Source: Cytophagaceae bacterium SCN 52-12 (GTDB lineage: Bacteria > Bacteroidota > Bacteroidia > Cytophagales > Spirosomataceae). Taken from it: DNA of 64,000 nucleotides. This document shows, in pieces, positions 10,815 to 20,710 of this stretch (its first letter is position 1; each line of letters opens with the position of its first letter). Below the pieces are notes generated by a model. The model was not told the DNA's origin. It was given only the letters and a program-made list of their open reading frames with translations, and made no database searches. Location of the stretch: positions 48,078 through 112,077 of the forward strand of contig MEDT01000038.1 of assembly GCA_001724175.1 (NCBI GenBank), written 5' to 3'. Made by a program: the position numbers and the translations under genes.

Positions 10815-11513
10815 ATGGTACTGGCTATCATGCAACCCTATTTCCTGCCTTATATCGGCTATTTCCAGCTTCTCAAGGCAGTTGATAAATTTGTTCTGTA
10901 CGACGACGTTAACTTTATCAACAGGGGCTTCATCAACAGGAACAACCTGCTGGTAAACGGCCGGGCCTCGCTGTTCACCATACCGCTTAAGGATGCCAGC
11001 CAGAATAAGCTGATTTACGAAGTCGGGCTCAGCGACGACAATTCCTGGCAAAAGAAGCTGACCAGGACAGTAGAGCAGTCCTATAAAAAGGCCCCGCAAT
11101 TCGATGCGGTCTTCCCTGTTTTCCTGGACATCGTGGGGTATACGCCACAGAACATCGGGGACTTTTGCTACCATTCCCTCACCCTGATCAGCCGCTATCT
11201 CGGCTTGCAGACGGAGATCGTCCCGTCCTCGACTGTCTACGGTAACGGGCAAATGAAAAGAGAAGAGCGGATCCTGGATATATGCCGCCTGGAAAACGCC
11301 ACCCATTATATCAACCCGCAGGGAGGTACTGCATTATACGATAAAGACCGTTTTGCAAGCCGCAACATACAGCTATCCTTTCTTAAAGCAGGCCTTGTGC
11401 CCTATCCTCAATACAGGGATCCCTTCGTTCCCGGGCTTTCGATACTGGATGTACTGATGTTTAACGACGTGCAGCAGACCCATAAGCTGCTGGATCAGTA
11501 TGAGCTGGTATAA
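10815..11513 (+). CDS. WbqC-family protein
   Basis: AIMQPYFLPYIGYFQL, YDDVNF, INRN, YINPQGG, LSILDVLM. Confidence 0.92.
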   Translation: MVLAIMQPYFLPYIGYFQLLKAVDKFVLYDDVNFINRGFINRNNLLVNGRASLFTIPLKDASQNKLIYEVGLSDDNSWQKKLTRTVEQSYKKAPQFDAVFPVFLDIVGYTPQNIGDFCYHSLTLISRYLGLQTEIVPSSTVYGNGQMKREERILDICRLENATHYINPQGGTALYDKDRFASRNIQLSFLKAGLVPYPQYRDPFVPGLSILDVLMFNDVQQTHKLLDQYELV

Positions 11514-11582
11514 TTATTGCTATTGTAAAAGAAATTTTACAAGTTTGTTTGTTTTATAAATACATCTTTGAAGGGCTCTCAA

Positions 11583-12242
11583 ATGGCTGACGTGATCATT
11601 TTCGGGGTATTGGATACGGCAGAGCTGGCACATTTTTATTTGGAGAACGATTCTGAACACCATGTGGCCGCATTTGCCGTTAATCGTGAATACATTAAGG
11701 AGAGCCATTTTAAAGGGCTTCCTGTTGTGGCCTTCGAAGACGTCGAAAAACTGTTCCCTCCCTCCGGCTACAGCTTTTTCGTGCCCATGACTGCCCGCAA
11801 TATGAACCGGAACAGGGAAAAGGTATACCTGGAAGCCAGGGCCAAAGGATATTCGTTCGTATCCTACATCAGCTCCCGGGCTACGGTTTACGACCGTTCG
11901 CTGATCGGGGAAAACTGTTTCATCCTGGAAGATAATACCATTCAGCCTTTCACTACCATCGGCCATAATGTTGTGTTGTGGAGCGGGAACCATATCGGTC
12001 ATCACGGGCGCATCGACGACCATGTGTTCTTCACTTCGCAGGTTGTGCTCTCGGGGCATTGCCATGTTCACTCCTACAGCTTTTTCGGGGTGAACGCTAC
12101 TGTCAAAGACTATACCAATATTGCAGAGGGAACGCTGCTCGGCATGGCGTCTTCATTGAATAAAGATTCGGAAGAATGGGGGATCTATGTAGGCAACCCG
12201 GCCAAACGAGTACCCGGCAAACTTAGTTACGAGGCTTATTAA
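11583..12242 (+). CDS. Hexapeptide-repeat sugar N-acyltransferase (NeuD/PglD/VioB-like)
   Basis: N-terminal Rossmann-like domain, LbH repeats (IGENCFI, IGHNVVL, HIGHH), VGNPAK. ATG 11583. Confidence 0.85.
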   Translation: MADVIIFGVLDTAELAHFYLENDSEHHVAAFAVNREYIKESHFKGLPVVAFEDVEKLFPPSGYSFFVPMTARNMNRNREKVYLEARAKGYSFVSYISSRATVYDRSLIGENCFILEDNTIQPFTTIGHNVVLWSGNHIGHHGRIDDHVFFTSQVVLSGHCHVHSYSFFGVNATVKDYTNIAEGTLLGMASSLNKDSEEWGIYVGNPAKRVPGKLSYEAY

Positions 12243-12293
12243 AACCCGTTTCGGTCCTGAATCCAGAATGAACGGGCTGAAATAACCTGAAGC

Positions 12294-13514
12294 ATGCAAA
12301 AGAAAATCCTATTTATCAGTCATGATGCGAACAGGGCCGGAAGCCAGCTTTTGCTGCTCCAGCTCTTAAAGATACTGAAGCAGAAAAACATCCCGATGGA
12401 GCTTCTGCTTTGCGGCGACGGCGTCGTGGAGAAAGAATTCGAGGAAGTGGTGCCCACCATCCGGCTCCCGGAACCCCCGAAATATATTGTAAGCCGCCTG
12501 AGCGATAAGGTGCTTTGCAAGATCGGTCTTATCGATACCCTGACCCGGCTGGCCGATAAAAAAAGAAGGCAATTGCTGAGAGAAAGGGTAAACCCGGAAA
12601 ACATCGGGCTGGTATTCATCAACTCCATCGCGAACGCCGGTATTTATTGCAATGAGCTTGATTTCCTGCATCACCTGCCGGTGGTGCTGTTCGCGCACGA
12701 GCTGGAGATGTCTGCCAATATGTATTCCAAGCGGAATGAGCTGGAGTTTCTTCTTAAGAAAACAGATCATCTTATCGCGGTCGCGCAGGCAGTCGCCGAC
12801 TATTACGTCCGCGATTTCGATTTTCCCGAAGACTCGGTCAGTATCCTGACCCTGATCGATCACGATTACATCGATTCGAATTTTCAGAAAGCCCAGCGCA
12901 ACCTGCTTGAAAAAGAGTACGGTATCCCGGAAGACGCCATCGTAGTAGGCGGATGCGGAAATGCGGAATGGCGGAAAGGCAACGATATCTTTAACTGGGT
13001 CGCCAGGCTGGTCATTGCCAGGACCAGCCCGCTGCCGGTATACTTTGTCTGGGTTGGCGCAGGAAAGCAGCATGCCATCTACCAGCTCATAGAAACCGAC
13101 ATCAGGCGCATGGGACTGTCTGATCGCATCATCTTAATTCCACCGACTTCCCACGCGCTTGACTTCATCAGCCGTTTCGATATCCTGCTGCTTTCTTCGA
13201 GGGAAGACCCCTACCCGCTGGTCGTCATGGAGGCCGCCCTCAACGAAACGCCTGTCATCTGCTTCCAGGGAGCAGGCGGAGCGCCCGAGCTGATTGCCAA
13301 CGACGCCGGGAAGACCGTACCCTACATGGATATCCCCGCTGCGTCGGAAGCGATCATACAGCTTATCCTCGATCCGGGCGAACGGACGCTGCTCGGCCGG
13401 AAAGGGAGAAAAAAAGTACTGGAAAGACACAAAACAGGGTTAAGTATAGAAAGGATCATGGCAATCATCCAAAAGTACCTAAATTTGCCCCTTTCTGAAA
13501 AGCTGGATCAATGA
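12294..13514 (+). CDS. GT4 glycosyltransferase
   Basis: FISHDANRAGS, WRKGNDIF, SREDPYPLVVMEA. Confidence 0.9.
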   Translation: MQKKILFISHDANRAGSQLLLLQLLKILKQKNIPMELLLCGDGVVEKEFEEVVPTIRLPEPPKYIVSRLSDKVLCKIGLIDTLTRLADKKRRQLLRERVNPENIGLVFINSIANAGIYCNELDFLHHLPVVLFAHELEMSANMYSKRNELEFLLKKTDHLIAVAQAVADYYVRDFDFPEDSVSILTLIDHDYIDSNFQKAQRNLLEKEYGIPEDAIVVGGCGNAEWRKGNDIFNWVARLVIARTSPLPVYFVWVGAGKQHAIYQLIETDIRRMGLSDRIILIPPTSHALDFISRFDILLLSSREDPYPLVVMEAALNETPVICFQGAGGAPELIANDAGKTVPYMDIPAASEAIIQLILDPGERTLLGRKGRKKVLERHKTGLSIERIMAIIQKYLNLPLSEKLDQ

Positions 13515-14494
13515 CCATTGCATTTACGATTTGTTCCATCAACTACCTGGCACAAGCACAAACTCTGGGAGAATCTCTTAAAGCTACCAATCCTGACATT
13601 ACTTTTTTTGTTGGACTTGTAGACCGTCTGGACAATATCACGTTTGAACCGGCTCACCAACCTGCATTCTCGTTAATAGAAATCCACCAGATCGGTATCG
13701 CCGGATTTGAAGAAATGTGCGGGCGATACAACATCACTGAGCTGAATACGGCTGTCAAGCCCTTCTGCTTCACCTATTTCTGGAAAAATTACCCGGAAGC
13801 CGACAAGGTGATCTATTTTGATCCGGATATCATCGTGTTCAGGCCGCTTACGCCGCTGCTTCAGAAGCTGGACACCGCCGATGCAGTGCTGACCCCGCAT
13901 GTCCTGACGCCGGTCAACGACCGGAAAACGCCGAACGAGCTGCACCATCTCAATACCGGGATTTACAACCTCGGTTTCGTTGCTTTCCGGAAAAGCGGAA
14001 AAAGCACTGCGTTTGTAAAATGGTGGGAAGACAAGCTGCGGTATGAATGCCTCATCGCGCTTTGCGACGGCCTGTTTGTCGACCAGAACTGGATGAATTT
14101 CCTGCCGGTCTTCCTCGGGAATGTCCATATCGAAAGGGATCCGGGCTACAACGCGGCCTACTGGAACCTCCATGAGCGGACATTCAGCCAACAGGCAGGC
14201 GCCTGGTATGTCAACCAGACCTCGCCGCTGGTTTTCTTCCATTACAGCGGGTACGACCCGGCCAGGCCGGACGTCCTGTCCAAATACCAGGACCGCTTCG
14301 ACATCAGGGACAGGCCCGACCTGCACGGCCTTTTCGCCTATTACGGTGAAAGGCTCCTGGCTAACGGGCAGGAATATTACAGGCATTTCCCCTGTGCCTA
14401 CATCAAACCGGTCAGGATGCTCCGCTATCAAAGGGTCAGAAAAGCCCTTAAAACCCCGCTGCAACGCCTGGCAAACGCCCTTGACACCATCTGA
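13511..14494 (+). CDS. GT-A fold glycosyltransferase (GT8-like)
   Basis: FTICSINYLA, TELNTAVKP, IYFDPD (DxD), GIYNLGF, FVDQNW, FFHYSG. Confidence 0.75.
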   Translation: MTIAFTICSINYLAQAQTLGESLKATNPDITFFVGLVDRLDNITFEPAHQPAFSLIEIHQIGIAGFEEMCGRYNITELNTAVKPFCFTYFWKNYPEADKVIYFDPDIIVFRPLTPLLQKLDTADAVLTPHVLTPVNDRKTPNELHHLNTGIYNLGFVAFRKSGKSTAFVKWWEDKLRYECLIALCDGLFVDQNWMNFLPVFLGNVHIERDPGYNAAYWNLHERTFSQQAGAWYVNQTSPLVFFHYSGYDPARPDVLSKYQDRFDIRDRPDLHGLFAYYGERLLANGQEYYRHFPCAYIKPVRMLRYQRVRKALKTPLQRLANALDTI

Positions 14495-15168
14495 TGCGTG
14501 AGCTGGCCGCCATCGTGATCCCCTGTTTCGGAGCGGACCGGCATATGACGGAGCTGGCGCTCATCCGGCATGCCTGGCGGGAACTACCGGGGTTTTCGCT
14601 TGTTTTCGCAGGTCCCGATGGTATGGATGAAAATGGATTGAAGGCCGCATTCCCGGGATGCACGGTCTATAAATTTGATGCTTCCTTTTTTGAAGACAGG
14701 AAGAGCTATACCTCGTTAACTTTAAAAGAAGATTTTTATGACATTTTCGGCTGGAGCGAGTTCATACTGCTTTTTGAACCAAGCACGTTTATTGTTAAAA
14801 ACCAGCTTCATTACTGGTGCAAACAGGGTTATGACTATATCGCCGGCAACGACGGCTGCTTATCTTTGCGAAATGTAGACAGGTTTCGCTCACACACAAA
14901 AAAAAACAGGAGAGAGATCCACCGCTTTTTGTCCGGGAACGGGACCATCACGAGCGATCACCCTTTCTGGGAGAAAAAATCCAAAGGGATCTGGCCTTCG
15001 CTGAGAAGCCCGACACGGATTGTATCGACGTATTTTTCCCGCCCTTTAGCATATCATCTGGCAGCGCCCGGGCACCAGGAACTGCCTTTTGCGCTGACCG
15101 GCATCGATATTCATTCCGAAGCCCACAGCCAATGGCTGAAGGCCCGGGAGCAACACAAAGATATATAA
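14494..15168 (+). CDS. DUF5672-like protein (divergent)
   Basis: AIVIP, FYDIFGWSEFILL, LHYWCKQGYDYIAG, GCLSLR and PFAL resemble DUF5672, with degenerate core motifs. Confidence 0.55.
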   Translation: MRELAAIVIPCFGADRHMTELALIRHAWRELPGFSLVFAGPDGMDENGLKAAFPGCTVYKFDASFFEDRKSYTSLTLKEDFYDIFGWSEFILLFEPSTFIVKNQLHYWCKQGYDYIAGNDGCLSLRNVDRFRSHTKKNRREIHRFLSGNGTITSDHPFWEKKSKGIWPSLRSPTRIVSTYFSRPLAYHLAAPGHQELPFALTGIDIHSEAHSQWLKAREQHKDI

Positions 15169-15198
15169 ACGAATATGAATAGATCCGATAACTATCAG

Positions 15199-15244
15199 AT
15201 GCGTAGCATTGGCCGATATCATAGCTCCCGGTTTCAACCGGGGG
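15199..15244 (+). repeat. REP-like palindrome, copy 1 (TAGCTCCCGGTTTCAACCGGGGG)
   Basis: Intergenic hairpin with TC centre; near-identical to 62157-62180. Confidence 0.65.
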
Positions 15245-15288
15245 AATTCTACGTTTCTAAAGCGTTTCACATCTAACCCATATTTGAG

Positions 15289-16245
15289 TTGACGGCGTTT
15301 TTCACAGTTTGTAACCGACACCAGCTCCCCGGAGCAATAGCTTTGGGAAAAAGTATCCGGGAACATCAAAAAGGGGCTCTGTTCATGATCGGATGGGCCG
15401 ATGAGGCCGATCTGCCCGGGCTCCCCGCCGGCATGGAGATCATTCCGGTTTCAGACCTGGCGCTGCCTCAGCTTACTCAAATGAGCGGGTTCTACTATGA
15501 CTTTGAATTGGTACACGCCCTGAGACCGTGGTTTGCACGGCATCTCCGGGAGCGCAGGCCCGCTATCTCCAACTGGGTATTCCTGGCGCCTACGACAATG
15601 GTGTACCGTTCATTCGACCACCTGTTTGACCCGGGAAAAGATCTTCTCCTGACTCCCCATATCCTCGACCGCCTGCCCGCATCCCGCCATCTTGACGACA
15701 AGCGGATACTCAATATCGGGATGTTCCATTCCAACGCCTGGATAGCCCGGCGCTCCGAAAGCGTCCGGAACCTGCTGGAATGGTGGAGCGCAAGAACTGC
15801 CGACCGGGCTTTTTTTGATCTTTGCAACGGCATGTGCCTCGACCAGCTATGGCTTAACTACGCTCCCATATATGTGCCCGGCTCGCTCGTGATAAGAGAC
15901 CCGCTCTGGCATCTCGGATTGCACAACTGCCTGTTATATCCTTTAGAGCTGGAAAACACCGCCCCGGTCGTAGCCGGGGAACGGGTATATACCGTAGATT
16001 TTGCGGGCTTGTGCGGCTATCACCCGGTGTGGTCGGATCACAAGGCGCTGGTGGCGGGCCGTAGCGAATGGGCCGCGCTCATTGCAGGCTACCGCAAAGC
16101 CGTAGCGGCACAGAAGGCTTTCCGCCTGGCAGGCGACCCCGCTTACGGCCGCCCGGCTTCCATTTCTTCCATACGTAATTTCAGGAGATCGGCTAAATCC
16201 AAGCTGGACAACCTGACAAAGCTGATAGACCAATTTGAAATTTGA
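15289..16245 (+). CDS. GT-A fold glycosyltransferase paralogue lacking the DxD motif
   Basis: Colinear with 13511-14494 (FTVC, FELVHALRP, LLTPH, LNIGMF, DQLW) but FLAPT replaces YFDPD. TTG start. Confidence 0.65.
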   Translation: MTAFFTVCNRHQLPGAIALGKSIREHQKGALFMIGWADEADLPGLPAGMEIIPVSDLALPQLTQMSGFYYDFELVHALRPWFARHLRERRPAISNWVFLAPTTMVYRSFDHLFDPGKDLLLTPHILDRLPASRHLDDKRILNIGMFHSNAWIARRSESVRNLLEWWSARTADRAFFDLCNGMCLDQLWLNYAPIYVPGSLVIRDPLWHLGLHNCLLYPLELENTAPVVAGERVYTVDFAGLCGYHPVWSDHKALVAGRSEWAALIAGYRKAVAAQKAFRLAGDPAYGRPASISSIRNFRRSAKSKLDNLTKLIDQFEI

Positions 16246-17144
16246 TGGAGCCCTTACAAACCAGCACCGAAAAGCTAAGCGCATTTGTCAGCAGGCTGTA
16301 CGCCGGCCCGGAACTGCCGGACTACACCGGTATCGACGCTCCCAGGCTGACGATTATCACTCCTTCCTACAACCAGGCCGAATTCCTCGAAAGGACCATC
16401 CTGAGCGTGCTTAACCAGGGATACCCGAACCTGGAATACCTCATCATAGACGGCGGTTCCACCGATCGCAGCGTCGAAGTGATCCGGAAATATGAAAAAT
16501 ACATCACGTATTGGGTCAGCGAGAAGGACAAAGGACAGGTAGACGCTCTCAACAAAGGACTGAGAAGGGCAACGGGTGAATGGGTCGCTTTCCAGAATTC
16601 TGACGATGTTTACTTCCCGGGCACATTCCTGCATTTTGCGAAGGCGGCAGGCGGCGCTGAAAAGCCGGCGGATATTGTATACGGGGACCTGTATCTCATC
16701 GACCAGCACGACCGGGCTACGGAGCTGCTGAAGACAATTCCCTTCAGCCTGACAAGCCAGGTATGGGAGGGCATGCAAATGCATAATCAGTCGCTTTTCT
16801 TCAGGCTGGACCTCGTAAAGCGGTATGGCCTGTTTGATGAAAGCTACCGGTTTGCGTTCGACTATGAATTTATAACCCGGTATACTTCTGCTCCCGGGGT
16901 AAAGGCCAGACGCGCGGAAGGGCTGCTGGGCGCCCTCAGGGTCCATGAGAGCGCTAAGTCTTCTACGATCGCCGATATAGGCAGGCGGGAGCATGAGAAG
17001 ATCCGGCAGGAATACGCCGGAAAACTAAAGCAGCGAGTTCCGGCAAAAATCAGGTATCTTTGCATCCGGTTTAGAAAAGCCGTATATCTGTTGACAGACT
17101 TTGCATACCTGGGACACAGGCTCAGGATTTCCAGGAAAGGATGA
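16242..17144 (+). CDS. GT2 glycosyltransferase
   Basis: IITPSYNQ, IIDGGSTD, SEKDKGQ, NSDD, DYE. Confidence 0.92.
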   Translation: MMEPLQTSTEKLSAFVSRLYAGPELPDYTGIDAPRLTIITPSYNQAEFLERTILSVLNQGYPNLEYLIIDGGSTDRSVEVIRKYEKYITYWVSEKDKGQVDALNKGLRRATGEWVAFQNSDDVYFPGTFLHFAKAAGGAEKPADIVYGDLYLIDQHDRATELLKTIPFSLTSQVWEGMQMHNQSLFFRLDLVKRYGLFDESYRFAFDYEFITRYTSAPGVKARRAEGLLGALRVHESAKSSTIADIGRREHEKIRQEYAGKLKQRVPAKIRYLCIRFRKAVYLLTDFAYLGHRLRISRKG

Positions 17145-18475
17145 ACTTAGGCAGTTTAATAGGCAACATTAATTATTTGAGGTATTCCGTAGGGATTTCC
17201 ATGATGATCAATGGCTTCCCTATTATCTTCTTTGTCCGCGATACGCTGGGAATAGGACCGTCCAGCAGTGTCTTTACGGGTATTTTCTTTGCTTTGGCCC
17301 TTCTGCTGATGGTCCCTGCCAGGCTTACAACGGTTGCCTATAAGCCCAACATCCTGCTTTTCCAGTTTGCCGCGCTTTTTTTCGGGCTGCTGATCTACTA
17401 TTTCTTCTTCATCAACAACATGGGGAAATCAGCCACCGATATAGTCAACTTCGCCTATACTTTCGGCTTCTTCTTCCTGCTGCTTTACGTCCCGAACGAC
17501 ATCCAGAAAACACTGCTGGTCGTGCTGTTCCTGATGTCCCTGGTGAATAACCTCACGCTGATATATTCGCTGATCACCAATCCCAACTGGACACTCGGGA
17601 TGCGGGCTGCGGTAACATTCGCCAACGAAGACGCCCAGCAGGGCGGTAATCCGCACCTTGCCGCCCGGAACGCGCTGGTCTGCCTGCTTTCCGGGTATGT
17701 GCTTATCAGCGAGTTCAAAAATACCTGGATCAAAATATTGCTCATCGTCTCACTGGTGTTCAGCTTCTGCGTGATCATCCTTACACAGTCGAAATCCTGC
17801 CTGCTGGGGACCGGTATTATCATTGCGACGCACCTGCTCTTCCGGTTCAGCTTCTCGCGCATGGCGGGGGGCATCAAGCAGCTTTTTACGCTTCGCGCCC
17901 TGGTCGTCCTGATCGTCATGCTGGGCATAGTCAGGTATCTCATCCATCGTTTTTACGGTATTTACAGCATCATCATCAACTACTGGGACGTGCTGGCCGG
18001 CCGTTTCGAGGATGTATTGTTTACTGCTTTCCAGCTCGAAACCAGCGAGGAGGTAGTGGAAGACGCTTCGGCTATGGGAAGGGTAGCCAGCTTCGACTTC
18101 CTGAAGAAAGCCATCTATGACCCCAAGGTGCTGGCGATAGGCAACGGCTATAAATTTGAATTTATGGACGTCCCCCCGATTGAAATGCTGGCCAACCACG
18201 GGATCCTCGGGTGTTTCATTTTCTGCGCCCTCAATTTCTTTTTCCTGATGTTCTCCGTCAGGGAGATCCGGCTTGGCAGGAGTCCCCTGGGGGTCTTCGC
18301 CGCTTCTTTTTTCATGTATTTCCCGGCGCTCCTGATCAGCTCCGGAAGGCCCTATGATATTGCCTACTGGTTTCCCTACATGTTTTTCGTACGTTTTCTG
18401 GGAATCCCCTACCTGAACAAAAAGCATGCTGCCCCGGATACGCTTCGGGGACAATTACCCTCTGTCGCCCGATAA
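17141..18475 (+). CDS. O-antigen polymerase/ligase-like membrane protein (Wzy/WaaL-like)
   Basis: ~11 TM, GNPH, LTQSKS, periplasmic loop SAMGR...IGNG...E...HGILG typical of Wzy_C-type proteins. Confidence 0.6.
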   Translation: MNLGSLIGNINYLRYSVGISMMINGFPIIFFVRDTLGIGPSSSVFTGIFFALALLLMVPARLTTVAYKPNILLFQFAALFFGLLIYYFFFINNMGKSATDIVNFAYTFGFFFLLLYVPNDIQKTLLVVLFLMSLVNNLTLIYSLITNPNWTLGMRAAVTFANEDAQQGGNPHLAARNALVCLLSGYVLISEFKNTWIKILLIVSLVFSFCVIILTQSKSCLLGTGIIIATHLLFRFSFSRMAGGIKQLFTLRALVVLIVMLGIVRYLIHRFYGIYSIIINYWDVLAGRFEDVLFTAFQLETSEEVVEDASAMGRVASFDFLKKAIYDPKVLAIGNGYKFEFMDVPPIEMLANHGILGCFIFCALNFFFLMFSVREIRLGRSPLGVFAASFFMYFPALLISSGRPYDIAYWFPYMFFVRFLGIPYLNKKHAAPDTLRGQLPSVAR

Positions 18476-18511
18476 ATCTCCGAGCCGCCCCAGATACGAA
18501 TCATCATTTGC

Positions 18512-19678
18512 ATGTCAATCCGTCAACGAATTACCAGTCTGTTTTCCAGGAATATCCAGAACGGTAAGCTGATCCCGGAAATAGACGGCCTTCGTTTTCT
18601 TGCCATACTGCTCGTCTTCCTGCACCACGTGCATTCGTTCTTCGAGTTCAGCTCCCCGGTAGAGTTCAAAGACATCGACCAGTTCCAGGGATTGAGGCAA
18701 TGGCTGATAGACGGGAGAAAAGGCGTGGACCTGTTTTTTGTGATCAGCGGCTTTATCCTGGCGCTGCCTTTTGCCAGGTCTTACCTCCGGGGAGCTCCGC
18801 AGCCTTCCCTGAAGAAGTATTTCAAGCGCCGTCTCACGCGCCTCGAACCTCCCTATATCGCGGCAATGGTCGTGATGTTCCTGGTTTTTCCCCTGGTGAC
18901 CGACATGGATTACCCGTTTGCGTTCCGTAGTCTGATGGCTTCGCTGGTCTATTGCCATGTCTTTATTTACGGGGTTACTTCTTTTTTGCTTTCGGTAGCC
19001 TGGTCGCTGGAGCTGGAAGTACATTTCTATATTCTCGCCCCCCTGCTCTTCCTGGTTCTGAAGCTGCCGGCCCTGTTCCGCCGGCCGGGGATCGTCCTCA
19101 TCATTCTCGGGCTTCCCTGGATACAATCCGCCTACCAGACACCCGGCTTCTACCTGCTGCACTACATCCAGTTTTTCATCAGCGGCATCCTCCTTGCCGA
19201 CCTGTACATCGATCGTCCGAAGATCAACACGGGCAACGTGCTTTTTTCTTTTATCGGGCTCCTCCTTTTTGCTGCGGTGCTTTTCCTGCCGCATGTCCGC
19301 ACACACCTGATGTCGTCTGAGCATGACAGGTATTACGCTATGGCCTTTCCTCTAGCCATAGCCGCCTTTTACTACGTCGTGCTTACAAACCCGTTCTGGG
19401 GGAAGCTGTTCGCTTACCGCTGGATCTCGCTCATCGGCGGGATGTGCTATTCCATATACCTGGTACACCAGCCGATCTTATCGGCAATAATGAAGGTCAT
19501 CTTCCGGTACCAGTTCTTTGAATCTTACGGCTGGGAGTTCTTTTTCGTAACGCTTCTCTGCATACCGCCCGTCATGGCCGGGAGCGTTATTTTCTTCCTG
19601 CTGATCGAAAAACCCTGCATGGACCCGGAATGGCCGGAAAAGCTGGCAGCAAAAGTTAAAACCCTTTTTAGCAGGTAG
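18512..19678 (+). CDS. Acyltransferase family 3 (OafA-like O-acyltransferase)
   Basis: IDGLRFLAI, GVDLFFVISGF, RRLTRL.PPY, WSLELE.HFY, YSIYLVH, IEKP. Confidence 0.93.
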   Translation: MSIRQRITSLFSRNIQNGKLIPEIDGLRFLAILLVFLHHVHSFFEFSSPVEFKDIDQFQGLRQWLIDGRKGVDLFFVISGFILALPFARSYLRGAPQPSLKKYFKRRLTRLEPPYIAAMVVMFLVFPLVTDMDYPFAFRSLMASLVYCHVFIYGVTSFLLSVAWSLELEVHFYILAPLLFLVLKLPALFRRPGIVLIILGLPWIQSAYQTPGFYLLHYIQFFISGILLADLYIDRPKINTGNVLFSFIGLLLFAAVLFLPHVRTHLMSSEHDRYYAMAFPLAIAAFYYVVLTNPFWGKLFAYRWISLIGGMCYSIYLVHQPILSAIMKVIFRYQFFESYGWEFFFVTLLCIPPVMAGSVIFFLLIEKPCMDPEWPEKLAAKVKTLFSR

Positions 19679-19707
19679 TCCCGTTTTTACCCGGAACTGA
19701 AAAATCT

Positions 19708-19715
19708 TACCTTTG
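19708..19715 (+). promoter_or_regulatory. Internal Bacteroidota -7 promoter element (TACCTTTG)
   Basis: Exact TAnnTTTG 23 nt upstream of ATG 19739. Confidence 0.55.
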
Positions 19716-19738
19716 CCTTTTGACTACTGAAGTTCGGA

Positions 19739-20710
19739 ATGCTGTCACTTTCTAGGAAAATTTTATTTTCCGTCTTTTTCCTGCTGATCTGCATAGAGTT
19801 GATTCTCCGTTTTGGATATGGCTTTTGCAGCGCACCTTTGTACATAGAAGATCCTGACTATGAATACATTTATGCTCCCAACCAGACCGTGAGGCGGTTC
19901 GGCAATACCATCCGGACGAACTCTCTTTCCATGCGGAACGACGAGCTCTCGCCTTCCGACTCGGTTACCGTACTGCTGATCGGCGATTCGGTCGTAAACG
20001 GCGGGAGCCTTACCGACAACGCCGAGCTTGCTTCCACATTGCTGGAAAAGAGATTGTCGGCTGAGCTGGGGAAACGCGTACGCGTGCTCAATATATCGGC
20101 CGGGTCCTGGGGACCGGATAACAGCGCCGCCTACCTGAGGAAGCACGGAGTTTTCAACGCAAAGGCCATAGGCCTGGTAGCGAGCAGCCACGACGCATAC
20201 GATATCATGACGCACGCCCCCCAGGTCGGGATAGACCCCAATCTTCCTGACAAGCAGTTCAGGATCGCGATCGTCGAGTTGTGGAGCCGGTATATTTATC
20301 CCATTTATTTCAAAAATATCAGGTTCAATCACGTGTATTATGCCCCCGGCGAAGAAGCTGCCGCTCCGGCACCGGAAGCCGAAACGTACGTCATCCGGAA
20401 AGACGGAGACCACTTCAATCCCGGGTTCGGCGAGCTGAAGAATATCGCCGAAGAGCACCATATCCCGTTTTTTATCTACCTCCACCCGGAAATTTCAGAA
20501 GTTGAGGACGGCTTTTATAACGACCAGGGCCAGGCCATAGTCGATTATGCCCGCCAGGACAGCATACGGCTCATCAGGGAGCTGGATATACCGCCGCTAC
20601 CGGAGTGTTACAGGAAAAGAGATGTTGTGCACTACAATGCAGAAGGCCAGAAATTCCTGGCCAGCCACCTTTTCCCGCTTTTCTACGGCTACCTGAAAGA
20701 ACAGCACTGA
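19739..20710 (+). CDS. SGNH/GDSL hydrolase-family protein, membrane anchored
   Basis: N-terminal TM, IGDS, SWG, C-terminal DVVH (DxxH). Confidence 0.8.
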   Translation: MLSLSRKILFSVFFLLICIELILRFGYGFCSAPLYIEDPDYEYIYAPNQTVRRFGNTIRTNSLSMRNDELSPSDSVTVLLIGDSVVNGGSLTDNAELASTLLEKRLSAELGKRVRVLNISAGSWGPDNSAAYLRKHGVFNAKAIGLVASSHDAYDIMTHAPQVGIDPNLPDKQFRIAIVELWSRYIYPIYFKNIRFNHVYYAPGEEAAAPAPEAETYVIRKDGDHFNPGFGELKNIAEEHHIPFFIYLHPEISEVEDGFYNDQGQAIVDYARQDSIRLIRELDIPPLPECYRKRDVVHYNAEGQKFLASHLFPLFYGYLKEQH

